Of a stretch of DNA of 64,000 nucleotides, positions 15,220 to 28,480 are shown in pieces. The notes beneath the pieces were generated by a model. The model was not told the origin of the DNA and did not search any database. It saw only the letters and a list, made by a program, of their open reading frames with translations. The position numbers were made by a program, and so were the translations under genes. The stretch's first letter is position 1. Each line of letters begins with the position of its first letter. Source of the DNA: the human T2T-CHM13v2.0 reference genome, Homo sapiens; NCBI RefSeq assembly GCF_009914755.1, contig NC_060925.1; one strand, written 5' to 3'.

Positions 15220-17120
15220 AGGCTCACTGTGTACTGTTATCAGCTTGTCTGAGTATGATGAGAGAGAACACATTCATGCACATATTACATAAGTTGATTT
15301 ATTACTTATAAAGGGATCGAAGATGAGAAGTCTAAAATTCAGTGTGATGTGGTCCCCCTGAGGTTCAGAGAAGTTGCCTGGAAGGATGGAATTTTGATTG
15401 CATGTGCCCCACTTGCAACACAGTTAAGAGACTCCAGAAAATAGCCCAGCCCAGGTTTTATAGCCCAGGATCACCTGACTCACTGACCAAAAGTGTTGAG
15501 AGATTGTATTTCTTGTGAAGACTGTTAAGTCTGGGCTGTTCTACCATTCTCTTCTGATATCAGGATATTCCATTCCCAGCACATTCTACACTTATTCTTG
15601 AAAACTGCAAGTAAGAAAGAGGGTAGAACCGGACCAGTCCAATAAAACTTGGAGGACAGTTCTGAATCCTTAACAGTGAGGGATCAGGATATTTGTTGTG
15701 ATAGAAACATAGGCAGTAGCAGTACAGAAATTTCAGTGTCCCAGTTGGCCATCTGCTATTAGGTTTCTGGACCACAGCATGACTCATGACTGCTTTTGTC
15801 TTCTTTCTATAAAAACTGCTTCAGACTATCTTTTAATTCTTCTCATGCAAAGTAGCAGCATTTGATTTATCGGTAGTGTGGGCAATCTGTGTGGTTAAAG
15901 AAAACAGTTCAGGAGTCCGTCAACCCACATTGAAGAACACCTAATCCTCCAGTGAGTGCCACTCAATCTTGCTGGTGTTAGCAACATACAGTAAGGTCAT
16001 TTTGACTAAGGTCATCTAGGTTGCAAGGTTAGGCCTTTGGCATGCTGATCAGTAGTGCTAAAAGAAGCCCATATACTAGATAGAGGTTCTGCAATGAAAG
16101 AGGCTAATGCCAAATGCTTCCTCCCCTTTTCTTGACTCATCAGTGCCTGGACCAAGAGGCACCATGGATGTGCACCTCATCAGAAGAATGCACATAAAAG
16201 CAACAGCACAAGAAAACACTCAAGGCCACTAGTCTTGCACAAGTCATCTTGTTACACAATTAGGTGACATGCTTAATTCTCCCCAGCATGGGGACATTCT
16301 TCCTTTCTGCAACTTCACACACACAAAATCCCTGGAGCTGTCCCAAGTGTGTACAGTAATAACGTTCACATGGCTACTCCAAGCATCCAGTGATGGCAAC
16401 CAAACGAGATGCAGTTACCACAGAGCAGTAGTCTGACTTTTGATAATCAGGAATAAAGAACCCAGTGGTGAAGGTGCTGGGTCACTGCCTCAATGTGGGG
16501 TACCTTGGAAACTGCCTGCCAAACACAGGTCAAGGTGGAACATACATCCTCCTGGGGAACGGCTGGTCAACCAGTCATGTCTAGGAGTTGAGAGTTCTAC
16601 TGTGGGAAGAGGTGGCAACAGCTGATAACACAAAGCACTGTGTAGACCAAAGTGAAAGTCCACCATCAATTGCTGTTTCTAATTCAGGTGACTTCTGTTA
16701 TATTATGGAACCAGTTAGACAAAAGCAGGTAGTTAAAGCTGAAAAGATATCATCAGTCATGGTTGGTTCATTCTGTTGGTAATGCCAATTGTTTTCACAG
16801 TCTCATGGGTGACAGGAAAAATTAGGACCCTAAGACTACTGGGAAAAACACGTGACACCCATGAGTGTACAGATAAGATTGAGAGAAGTTATTAGTTACA
16901 TACATTCATAGACAAAAAAGGGAGGGTTCTGTAAACGAGGCTGGTCCACACAAGACTTGCACTACGGAGCAGATAGAACAAACAGGGTGTAAGGGGAATG
17001 CTTTGTAGTATCAAGAACGTGAGATGCTTCTTGGTTCTCATAAGGATGCAATTGGTTTGTTTAAATGCATCTGTGGAATGGTAGGCAACTGAAATATGTT
17101 AGGCTACAGACTGATAAGAT
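15220..17120. mobile_element. Possible ancient LTR-element remnants (ERVL/MER21-group-like)
   Basis: LTR-like segments (e.g. CCCAGGTTTTATAGCCCAGG) without clear termini; family not resolved. Confidence 0.35.
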
Positions 17121-17393
17121 CAAAATAGTATGTTATAATGCCATAATCCTGTAATATACAATTTATTGTAGTGCTAATTACACATAATATAAACTAGTTA
17201 TGCATAATTCATAGTAACTTACAAAACTGTACTATACCACATATTATATAGCTACTTATACACATATAAGTATACATGTAGACATGCTATATATACAGAT
17301 GATGCTATACTATATGGTATACTAGGGCACACCAATTTGACTATAAATGCAAAAGGCCCCAACAATACACTGGAAAATTGAACGTTATCAATA

Positions 17394-17629
17394 TGGGTTG
17401 AGTGTTTCTTATCTGAAATACTTGGGAACGGAAGTGCTTTGGATTTCAGACTTTTAACATTTTGGAATATTTGCAGAAAACTTACTGGATGAGCATCCCT
17501 AATCCAAATATCAAAAATCCTCTAATGAGCATTTCTGTTGAGCATAAGACTGGTGCTCAAACAGTTTTTGACTTCGGAGCATTTCAGATTTGGTATTGGA
17601 ATCTGGGGTTTACAGATGTTCAACCTGTA
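17394..17629. mobile_element. Tigger4/MER46-type DNA transposon
   Basis: Terminal inverted repeats GGTTGAGT...TCAACCTGTA; internal GAGCATCCCTAATCC and GGAGCATTTCAGATTT. Confidence 0.7.
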
Positions 17630-17966
17630 GATAAAATACTTATATTCCATGATGAAGACAAATTTCACCCAGATAACCATAATATATTTATATCTGAAAG
17701 CCAGTTAACGTAATAGACTATCAGTAGAATGCCAAAAACCACAAATCATCTCAATAGATGCAGAAAAAAACATGTCATAAGAGTTCAACACTCCTTTACC
17801 ATGAAACAATAAATAAAAAACACAAGAAAACTTCCTGAGCCTGTTTGAGAATATTTATGAAAAATCCACAATATACTTGATGGTGAGACTGAATGCTTTC
17901 ACACGCAGATTAGACAAGCATACTGTCCAATCACAGTTCTCTCTTCTTAATTCAAAGTAAAAAGTG

Positions 17967-18265
17967 GGCCAGGTGTGGTAGCTCATGTCAGTAACCCCAA
18001 CATGTAGACAGGCTGAGGCAGGAGGATAGCTTGAGGCCAGGAATTCAATACCAGCCTAGACAATACAGCGAGATCCCATCTCTATAAAAAATTTTTAAAA
18101 TTATATAATTAGCTGAGCATGGTGGCATGTGTCTGTAGCTCCAGCTACATAGGAGGCTAAGGTGGGAGAATCACTTGAGCCCAGGAATTTGAGGCTGCAG
18201 TGAGCTAAGACTATTATTACCACTACACTTCAGCCTAGCTGACAAAGTGAGACCCTCTCTAAAAA
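17967..18265 (+). mobile_element. AluJ
   Basis: Diverged dimer, GAGGCTGCAGTGAGCTA. Confidence 0.85.
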
Positions 18266-18398
18266 CATAACATTTTTTAAAAAAGTGAACTATGCAAGTA
18301 ACAGCCAAAACTCATGACAGAATAAAGGAAAGAAAATGAAAATAACAATGTACATGAGACTATATAAACTTCACATACATGCAAATTAATAACAATTC

Positions 18399-18404
18399 TT
18401 TATT
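18399..18404 (-). terminator. Candidate AATAAA poly(A) signal for the ZNF gene
   Basis: TTTATT on + strand ~640 nt after the stop codon; other candidates exist (e.g. 17162). Confidence 0.35.
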
Positions 18405-18465
18405 AGCAAAGAAAACAGAAGAAAATCTTTACAACAAAAAAGTAGTTTTCCCATAAAAAGGTAGA

Positions 18466-18468
<3 letters not shown>

Positions 18469-18500
<32 letters not shown>
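18469..18500. repeat. (CA)16 microsatellite
   Basis: Direct reading. Confidence 0.95.
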
Positions 18501-18502
<2 letters not shown>

Positions 18503-19044
18503 AACTCATTTTTCATTGGTCCATTAATTAGAGAACAATTAAACAACTACATGAAAATTAAAATTGCCTACTATTAGAAATACATTTCAACTTAGTCTAG
18601 GGATCCAACAAATTTTTAAATGAATAGACAAAAATTATGTTAACTGATGAGAAACAAAACACAGCCTATTAAGCTCATGTACTATGGCTTATAAAGTATC
18701 TGTGAAATTCTCAGCTCCATGATTCCCTGCAAAAAACTGAAAATCTAAAGTATAGACACCTTCTTTAACAATGAACCACTGATAAAAATATATTTGAAAG
18801 CGGCTGGGAAAATAAAGTGTTCTAACACATTTTTCGTATTTTATGACGTTCTTTCCCAGGACGGGTCCTTCTAAGTTTTAGAAGGGAACTAGGAAAATTG
18901 CATACATTCTAATCTTCCTTACATGTGTTGGGTTTCTCTCTAATTTGAGTTTTTAATTTTTTCACGTGTTCTAATGAAACTAGAATAACTGAAAGCTTTA
19001 ACACACTTCTTACATTGACAGAGGTGTTTTGTTGTTGTTGTTTT

Positions 19045-20023
19045 TTACCACATATAAGCTCTTTCATGCTTTCGAAGGGAACTGGAACAACTGAAGGCTT
19101 TACCACATTTCTTACATTCATAGGGTTTTTCTCCAGTATGAGTCCTTTCATGGCTTCGAAGGGCACTGGAAGAAGTAAACGACTTACCACATTCCTTACA
19201 TCCATAAGGTTTCACTCCAGTGTGAGTTCTTTCATGCTCACATAGGTTACTAGAATATTTGAAGGCTTTACCACATTGTTTACATTCATAGGGCTTTTCT
19301 CCACTGTGAGTCCTTTCATGGACTCTGAGGACTCTGGAACATCTAAAGGCTTTGCCACATTTTATACATTCATAGGGTTTTTCTCCAGTATGCGTTCTTT
19401 CATGTATTCCCAAGTAAGTGGAACGACTGAAGGCTTTGCCACATTCCTTACATTCATAGGGTTTCTCTCCAGTATGAGATCTTTCATGTTGGCGAAGAGA
19501 ACTGGAAAAAGTGAATGATTTACCACATTTCTTACATGCATAGGGTTTCTCTCCAGTATGAGTTCTTTCATGTTCACGAAGATAACTTGAATAATTGAAG
19601 GCTTTATCACAATGTTTACATTTATATGTTTTCTCTCCAGTGTAAGTGCTCTGAGGCATTTGAAATACACTAGGAAAATCAAAAGGCTTCTCATACACTG
19701 GACCCTTATAAGGCCCATTACTAGTGTGTGTTACCATGTGTCTGTCAACACTGGTGAGAGAGATAAAGGCTTTCCCACATTGTTTGCAATGATATAACTT
19801 CTCTGGACATTCCTCACACTCAAATAGTTTGTTTCCAATGTGAGACAGGATGTGCCTATGAAGGGCTGAATGACATATGAAGACTTTTCCACACACACTG
19901 CATTCACATGGCTTTACTCCAGTAGAAACTTTCTTATTCAGATTCAAATTTGAATCCTGGCTGAAGGTTTCTCCATATTGACTGCCTTCTTTAATTTCAA
20001 ACAGTCTCTCTACCACATGACTG
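19045..20023 (-). CDS. ZNF670: ZNF670 exon 4: spacer plus C2H2 array (8 intact fingers plus degenerate ones)
   Basis: CxxC..HxxxH repeats with TGEKPY linkers, ends ...HERAYMW*; acceptor TTTTACAG|CAG; exons sum 3+127+61+979=1170 nt = 389 aa + stop. Confidence 0.92.
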
Positions 20024-20405
20024 CTGTAAAAATGATAAACATCATTAATGGTACATTTATTCATGGTTTACATTGCTACTAATACCATGGAAAATGCAAG
20101 TTTCCTGCCATATCTAAATTGTTTTAAAGTAAATAAATTAATTACTGTAAGATATGGGTCCCCCATAGCTATTATCATTATTATCATAATTGTGATAGTC
20201 ACATGTACAGTATCTTGGTGGTGTTTCCAAGTAAAATATTCTGAAAATATTGAACATCAATGTTACATTCAGGTGTATTTTTTGCTAAGACTTTTCTGGA
20301 AAAAAAAAATTTCTAGTGGTTCTTAGTTGTTTTGTCTGTTTTAAAAACTTATGACATGCTAAGATTCCCTCAAGGGGCATTTTTGCTCTTGTGAATGCAA
20401 ATTAC

Positions 20406-20466
20406 CTTAGATTTCTCCCAGGATTTTTGAAGTCATCTTGGATATTCTGGTCTTCTGATTTGTTTC
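20406..20466 (-). CDS. ZNF670: ZNF670 exon 3 (61 bp, KRAB-B-like)
   Basis: TTTTAG|GAAACAAATCAGAAGACCAG...AATCTAAG|GTAAT; encodes GNKSEDQNIQDDFKNPGRNL in frame. Confidence 0.9.
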
Positions 20467-20522
20467 CTAAAAGGTACAACCATAAGATTATTCAAATGAT
20501 TAGAAACTTTAAAAATTGCTAG

Positions 20523-21133
<611 letters not shown>

Positions 21134-22267
21134 CTAGAATATCGCACATATGTGGAGAGGAGGATGGCTTAGACAGACAGTACTAAGAATCTATACTCAT
21201 CTCATAAAATCGTAACATAATTCTGCAGACTTCAAACATTTCTTCCATGACCTGGTCATCAGAACTTTACTCTCTGTCTGCACTTACTGCTGCCCACTCA
21301 ACATTCTTCATGCTAAAATGAAACTATTCAGAAAGTCAACAGCAGAGTAGGAACACCTGTCTCATTGGCAGGTGCAGGGAATAAACTGTGCTGTAAGAAA
21401 TGAGGTCACCCCTAATTTCTATGTGTAGATTTTATCTTAAGGGCCTCTCATAACGAAGTCATGCTATTTGTTGTGTATAACAGTTAGTATTAAGTCTTAA
21501 GACTACATATCCTTAGAAATACCTGCTCACAAAGTCTGACCTTTTGGTGTGAGAAAATAGATTTTTTTGACGGATCTCATCACCCTAAGTGAGTGGTTCA
21601 CAATATGTAAACAATCTTATGCAAACAATATATTATTCGCTGAACTCCAGTTTTGTTTTGTTTCTGAAAGCCTACTACTTTACTCCATTCTTGCAGTGGT
21701 ACCTAGGGGATCAGCTCTGAAAAACACTCTGAGCATTAAGTCTCTAATGAGCATTCTTGGTAAACAATATTTCTCATATGCTGTTACAACTTGTTAACTG
21801 GAGAAATGAGGCATCAACGTGATTATAATAAGAAAATATTTGGAAGCTTGCAAGTAGTTTACTCCAGACCAAATTAAATCCAGTTGTAAATAAGACTGAT
21901 AATTTATCTTTAATAACAAACAAAACAATTTTAAAATTTCTATTGGATAACAACAAAGTGCAATGGAGTAAGTGGAAAGATAGTACGTGTGCTTAGAAGA
22001 AACTCAATGTCATCAAGATATCACCTCTTTCAAATAGCCTTAAAAAATTCCATCAATCCCCAAAACAGACACTTTATTAGCAACTGAAAACTACTTTTCC
22101 AAACCTAACAAAAAAAAAATGTCTAAGAATTGTCAAAGTCTTCCAAACAATAGGGCAATGGCTTCCTTACCATGTATCAGAATTTTCAAACTATAATATT
22201 CAGGACAGTATTAATGTGGAGATAAACAAATAGTCCAAAAGGGAAAAAAGTTTTAAATAAGCAGGAA

Positions 22268-22585
<318 letters not shown>

Positions 22586-24359
22586 GTAAGCAGGAATTTT
22601 GTATGTAAAGTTCATTAATGACAGAGCATTCCAGAATAGTGGAAGAAATCAAAAGCACTTTAAAACATACAGTAGAGCAAATTGGTACTAACTGAAAAAG
22701 TACATTGCATTCCCCTCTATTCCATGAACAATAATCAAGTTCTTTATTTCAAATATGAAAGACAAAACTAAAATACGTTCAGACTTCGAAGGAAAACAGG
22801 GGTATTTTTGGACAGAAAAATGGGCAGAATTCATTTAAACAGAAAAAAAGGAACTGGCAAATTCACATATATTAATATTCAGGAAATTAAAAGGCAAAAA
22901 GCAGTGGGAAAAAACTGTAATACATGCAATATAAAAGAATTAGTATGAAGTGTAAAAATGAACACGATTTAAAAGTGAGAAAATAAGCAAAGCATACTTA
23001 AAAGAAGATGAAAGACCACCTATTTTTTTAAAAAGTCAACTTCCTTGGTAATGAGAAAATAGAAAATAGTCAGGTATATGACATTTGAAATTGACTAGAA
23101 GAAAAAAATCAACTCCATGTGATGACGGCCATGGCAAACGGGTTACTCACGAAGGAAGGAGGAGTCAACTGATACCCTCCATTGCTCTAATTTGAACTTA
23201 CCACAATGTGTAGCCCATTAATTTTTCTAAAATGTCCAGAGAATTTACGGTGCATTTGCACTTGGAGATGTGGCATAAAATCATAGGAGCATTATTTTTC
23301 CCAAAAGCAAAAAAATACAATTGAAAAAGCCCTCACATCAGAATCATTAAAATGGACGGCTGAATTAAATGGTCCACAGCCTCAGGCACTAGCATGTGTG
23401 AAACATACTGACACAAGGAAATCACCAATAAACCTTTTTGTTTTAATTCCATTCATACTCATTTTAGAAAGTTCAAGTAAAGCAAAATGGAACTGAAAAA
23501 TTACAGATGATAAAAATGCAAAAAAGTAGCCAAACAATCACAACAGTGGTCAACTAAGAGATAAGTCTAGGTGGGAACCATCAGAAAACTCTTAATGACT
23601 GTAGGAGGCCCAGTTAAGAATCTTAATTATAATTTCCAAGTTGCTTCAACTATTGTTACTAAAACTCTTGACAAATGTTTTACTCATTCTTACTGTATTT
23701 CTTAATAGAAAACTTAAAAATTAATTAAAATGTAAAAGAACACAATTTTTATGTTTCTTTGCCTTATAACGTGATCTGAGTCGTGATTTACAGATTTCAC
23801 AGAAATAAGTAAATTGAGCAGCACAGCTCACAGTGCTAGTTGCTCAGCAAGCAGCTAAAGTACACACCAGATACCAGGCGGCAGAACCGATTAGCAAGTC
23901 ATTGCGAGAGAAGACAGAACCACATGGTGGTGGGCAATGTCTGAACATTCTGCTAGTGGTACTAAGTGCGATGGTCACGGGCAGAGATGTGTTTGGAAAG
24001 GGTAGGAAATTATTACTCAGAAAATTGACACTTGTGGATCCATTAGGTCAGGCCTTTCAAGGTGGTTTGATATGGTTTGAATGAGGAAGAAAAGGAGCCA
24101 GGCCTGTGTTTTCTGTTGAGGGTAGGTGGAAAGCTAGGATGAGAATTCAGTTTCAAGGGAAAAGATTTACATGGTTTCAATCTGCTGCCAAAACCCAGAG
24201 AGAGCACCCAGGCTTGTTTTCACCATATCCTGATGTGACGTCAGAAGTAGAAGAAAGTAAGTTTAGGATTAAAAGTTGACAGCAGTGAATTAAAGAAAAA
24301 AATGGAGACAGACACTTCTGATTTCCAGTAGAGCAAGTAGGCATAAAAGGCAATGGTCA

Positions 24360-25866
24360 AGCTTCCTAGGTTGAGTTCTGAGTTCCATGAAAATGTCTGA
24401 CCCCACCACGCTGTCTGAGCTACTGAAATGTTATTACCAGAGGCTCTTTCCCTATTCTCTGTACTGTAACTGGCTCAACTACAGCAGAGTGATAAAGAAT
24501 TACTCCCAACACTGTGAATTTTCATTCACATTGAAAGATGACATTACATTCGATACCAATCCTTCAACAACCAGAGTGATCTGGAAAAGGAGATGCAGAA
24601 AGTGAATCCATACAAGATTGATATAGGTGCAGTATATTCCCACAGACCCAATCAACACAATACAGTGAGGCTGGGAGCTTTCCAGGCTCAGGAAAAAGAA
24701 CTGGTGTTTGACACTGACATGACAGACATGACAATGTGAGGAGATGCTGTAGTTCTGCAGATACATGTTCTACGTGCTGGACCCTCATGACAAGGGCCAT
24801 ACGCATCACTAACACAGCACTGAAGGAGGACTTTGGATTTAAGCATTGTCTCTGGGTATATTCTGGAAGGAGGGGTGTACATTGTTTGGTCTGTGATAAA
24901 TCAGTTAGAAAACTGTCTTCGGTGGTATATTCTGGGATAGTTGAGTATTTGAGCCTTGTAAAGCATGGTCAAGATGTTAAAAAGAAAGTTCACCTAACTG
25001 AAAAAATTCACCCTTTTGTCAGAAAATCTATAAACATAATAAAAAAAACTTTGAAGAATATGCCTTGGTTAATCAAGATATTCTCAAAAATAACAAAAGC
25101 TGGGATAAGATTTTAGCCCTTGTTCCTGAAACAATTCAGGATGAACTTCAACAAAGCTTCCAAAAGTCTCACAATTCACTTCAGCATTGGGAGCACCAGC
25201 AGATGTCAGAATAACATCAAAAATCAAAATGTGGATCCTGGCTGCAGTGGGAGATTATGCTCCAGGACTGTTTCCACGATGGGGTATCAATGTCAACAAA
25301 GAAATCAATCATTTACCGCAGAGCCCTTTTAGCGTTCATCCTAAAACAGGTCGCATTTCTGTGCCTACTGATTTGCAGAAACTGGATCGGTTTGATCCAT
25401 TTACTGTTCCAACCATAAGCCTCATCTGCCATGAACTGGATGCCATTTCCACTAATGAAGAGGAAAAAAGGAGAATTAAACTGAATCTGATATTAAACAT
25501 AGAACCAGAGATATAAGACCAGTCTAGCACCTTATGTGAGTTTTTGAACAACTTCTTGAAAACCTGGGTAAACACCGAAAAAGAGAACTTCTTAAGAAGA
25601 GTGATTTACAAAAAGATTTCAGAAGACAATGCTCCTCAAACCAATGTGGGTATCTTCTGCCTTCAACCAAGGATCAAATGCTCCAAGAGCCATTTAACAA
25701 ATACAGCAGAACTATGTATGTGTCTTAATGCTCAAAGTAAATTTTCCTTTGCTTGAGAAATAATTTATGTTGAAAAGATTTCCTGAGACCACCAAAGGAG
25801 ACTGTCAAGGTTCACGGAAGGAGCAATAAAAGGAGAAATAATTGGAAAAAAAAAACCCCAAAAAAC
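24360..25866 (+). pseudogene. Processed pseudogene of PRIM1 (DNA primase small subunit), antisense in ZNF670 intron 1
   Basis: Intronless; MKMSDPTTLSELLKCYYQRLFPYS, RRCCSSAD, LKEDFGFKHCLWVYSGRRGVHC, SPFSVHPKTGRISVP match PRIM1; several frameshifts; AATAAA ~25826 and A-rich tail 25846-25866. Confidence 0.93.
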
Positions 25867-25880
25867 AAAGGCAACATTCA

Positions 25881-26566
25881 GGCTATTATTAGAGTCTTTA
25901 ACAGATGGTGGCAAAGTAGCGCAGAAAATGGAGCACTTACACACTGCTGGTGGGAATGTAAATTAGTTCAGCCATTGTGAAAAGCAGTTTGAAGATTTCT
26001 CAAAAAACTTAAAACAGAACTACCTTTTGACCCAGCAATCCCATTACTGGATACACACCCAAAGGAATATAAGTTGTTCTACCAAGAAGACACATGTACC
26101 TGTATGTTCATCACAGCACTATTCACAATATCAAAGACACGGAATCAATCCAAATGCCCATCAATAGTGGACTGGATTTTTTAAAAAGTGGTACATATAC
26201 ACCATGGAATACTATGCAGCTATAAGAAATTAAATCATGTCCTGTGCATAAACATGGCCACAGCTGGAGGCCATTATCATAAGCAAATTAATGCATTGAC
26301 AGAAAACCAAATACCACATGTTCTCATTTATAAATGGAAGCTAACTGTTGAGTATACATGGACACAAAGATGGGAGCAACAGACACTGGGGCCTACCTGA
26401 GGGGGAGAATGGGAGGAAAGTGAGAGTCAAAAAACTACCTATCAGGCACTATGCTCACTATCTATGTGACAAAATCATTTATGCAGCAAAACACAGAAAC
26501 ATGAAATTTACTCATGTAACAAATCTGCATATGTACCCCCCAGAACACAAAAGTTAAAAAAAAAAA
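25881..26566 (+). mobile_element. 5'-truncated L1 3' end (old L1PA/L1PB)
   Basis: GGTGGGAATGTAAATTAGTTCAGCC, CACCATGGAATACTATGCAGC, A tail; TSD GCAACATTCA at 25871-25880 and 26567-26576. Confidence 0.85.
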
Positions 26567-26869
26567 GCAACATTCACATTCACAATAAAAGGCAAATAAA
26601 TTTAACTAAACAATTCTAAGATTAACCATTAAAGAACTGAGTTCCCAGTAAAAACTACCAAACCAAATTAGAGAGACAGAGAGGCACATCCAGAGAATCG
26701 TAACTCACTTGATGAGAAAACCATAAGAATCCTCTAAGAGTAGCAGTACGTGTATAGGAAAAACCAAACTGAAATTGGTGAGCTGCTCAAGTTTGAGAAC
26801 ATCTCCTGGGTGCCCAGGCTTAGGGATCCCCAGTAATTTATGAGTTTTACATCCACAAACATTACCAGT

Positions 26870-28480
26870 TGATACGGTTTGGCTGTGTGTTTCCTCCAAA
26901 TCTCATGTTTAAATGTGACCTCCAATGTTGGAGGTGGGCCTAGGGGAAGGCATCTGGGTCATGGAGGCAGATATCTCATAAATGACTCAGTGCTGTCCTT
27001 GAAGTAATGAGTTCTCTGTTGGTTCACAGGAGAGCCGGGTATTTAAGAGGCTGGACCTTCCTCCTCCTCTCTCTGACTCCCTCTCTCACCATGTGGCTTG
27101 CCTGTTCCCCCTCTGCCTTCCGTCTGAGGCATCACCAGAAGCCAAGCAGCTGCCGGTGCCATGCTTGTACAGCCTGCAGAACCGTGAGTCAAATAAACCT
27201 ACTTTCTTTATAAACTACCCAGTCTTAGGTATTACTTTATATCAATGGAAAAATGGAATAATACATAAAATTGGCACTGAGGAGTGGGGTGTTGCTATAA
27301 AGATACCTGAAAATGTGAAAGCAGCTTTGGAACTGGGTAACATGCAGAAGCTGGAAGACTTTCAAGGGCTCAGAAAAAGACAGGGAGATGAGGAAAATTA
27401 GAACTTTTTAGAGAGTGGTTAAGTGATTGAAACCAAAATGTTGACAGAAATATGGACAGTGAAAGCCAGGCCAATGAGGTCTTAGATGGAAATGACAAAG
27501 TTTTGGTGAGCTTGAGCAAAGGTCACCCATGTTACACCCTGGCAAAGACTTGGCTGCATTGTGTCCAATGCCCTAAGGATTTGTAGGAGGTTTAATTTAG
27601 GAGTAATAACTTAAGAGTCTCCAGAGGAAGACATTTCTAAGCAGCAAAGGATTCAAGAGGTGGTATGGTCGCTTCTTTGCCCCCACAATCAGAAGTGATT
27701 TAAAGTTGAAACATGATTAAAAGAGAAGCAGAGCATAAAAGTTTGGAAAATGTGCAACCTGGCCCTGTGGTAAAGAGGGAATCCAAGCAGCCTGTGGAGC
27801 AATGACTTGTAAGAGAGAGTTGCACAACTAAAGGGGAGCCAGGTGCCAACAGCCATGAGGCTAAGAAAAAGACCTGTAATGCATTTCAGAAAACTGTGGC
27901 AGCCCCTCTCACCACAGGCTCAGGGGCCTAAAAGGAAAAAGTTTGGGGTACCAGGTCGAAAGCATCACTGCCCTGTGCAGCCTCAGGACACTGCTCCTTG
28001 CATTCCAGTAGCTCTGGTTCCAGCTTTGGCTAAAAAGGCACCATATACCACTTGGGCCACGGTTCCAGAGGGCACAAGCCATAAGCCTTGGAGGCTTCCG
28101 CTTAGTGTTAAGCCTGCAGGTGCATAGAATACAAGAGTTAAGGAAGCTTGGTAGCTTCCACCTAAATTTCAGATGTATCAGGAATGTAGGTGCCCAGGCA
28201 GAAGCCTGACATGAGTGGAACCCCACAGGCAGCCTCTACTAGGGCAGTGCCAAGAGAAATGTGAGGATGAAGCCCCCACACAGAGTCCCCACAGTGGCAC
28301 TGCCTAGCGGAGCTGTGGAAACAGGGCTGCTGCTTTCCAGACCCCAGAATGGTACAGCCACAAGCAGAAAGCACTGTGAGCCTGGAAACGTTGCAAGCAT
28401 TTGACTCTAGTATGTCAGAAGTCACATGGGCTGCATCCAGCAAAGCCACAGGAATGAGGTTGCCCAAGGCAACAGGTAAA
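26870..28480 (+). mobile_element. MaLR MSTB-like LTR (26870-27266) plus internal sequence, 3' part missing
   Basis: TGATACGGTTTGGCTGTGTG...AATAAACC...AATAATACA, then AAAATTGGCACTGAGGAGTGGGGTGTTGCTATAAAGATACCTGAAAATGTG. Confidence 0.8.

Noticed and set aside
17100-17330. AT-rich, partly self-complementary stretch
   Set aside because: Low-complexity TA-rich sequence with no defined arms or period
19015-19797. Antisense and alternative-frame ORFs over the finger array
   Set aside because: Usual shadow frames of 84-bp C2H2 repeats
20024-20064. N-terminus [13 protein letters not shown] of ORF 19045..20064
   Set aside because: Intronic; the exon starts at the AG acceptor at 20023 and the true start is in exon 1
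24387-25623. Functional primase retrogene
   Set aside because: Multiple frameshifts split the CDS, including at the catalytic DxD region
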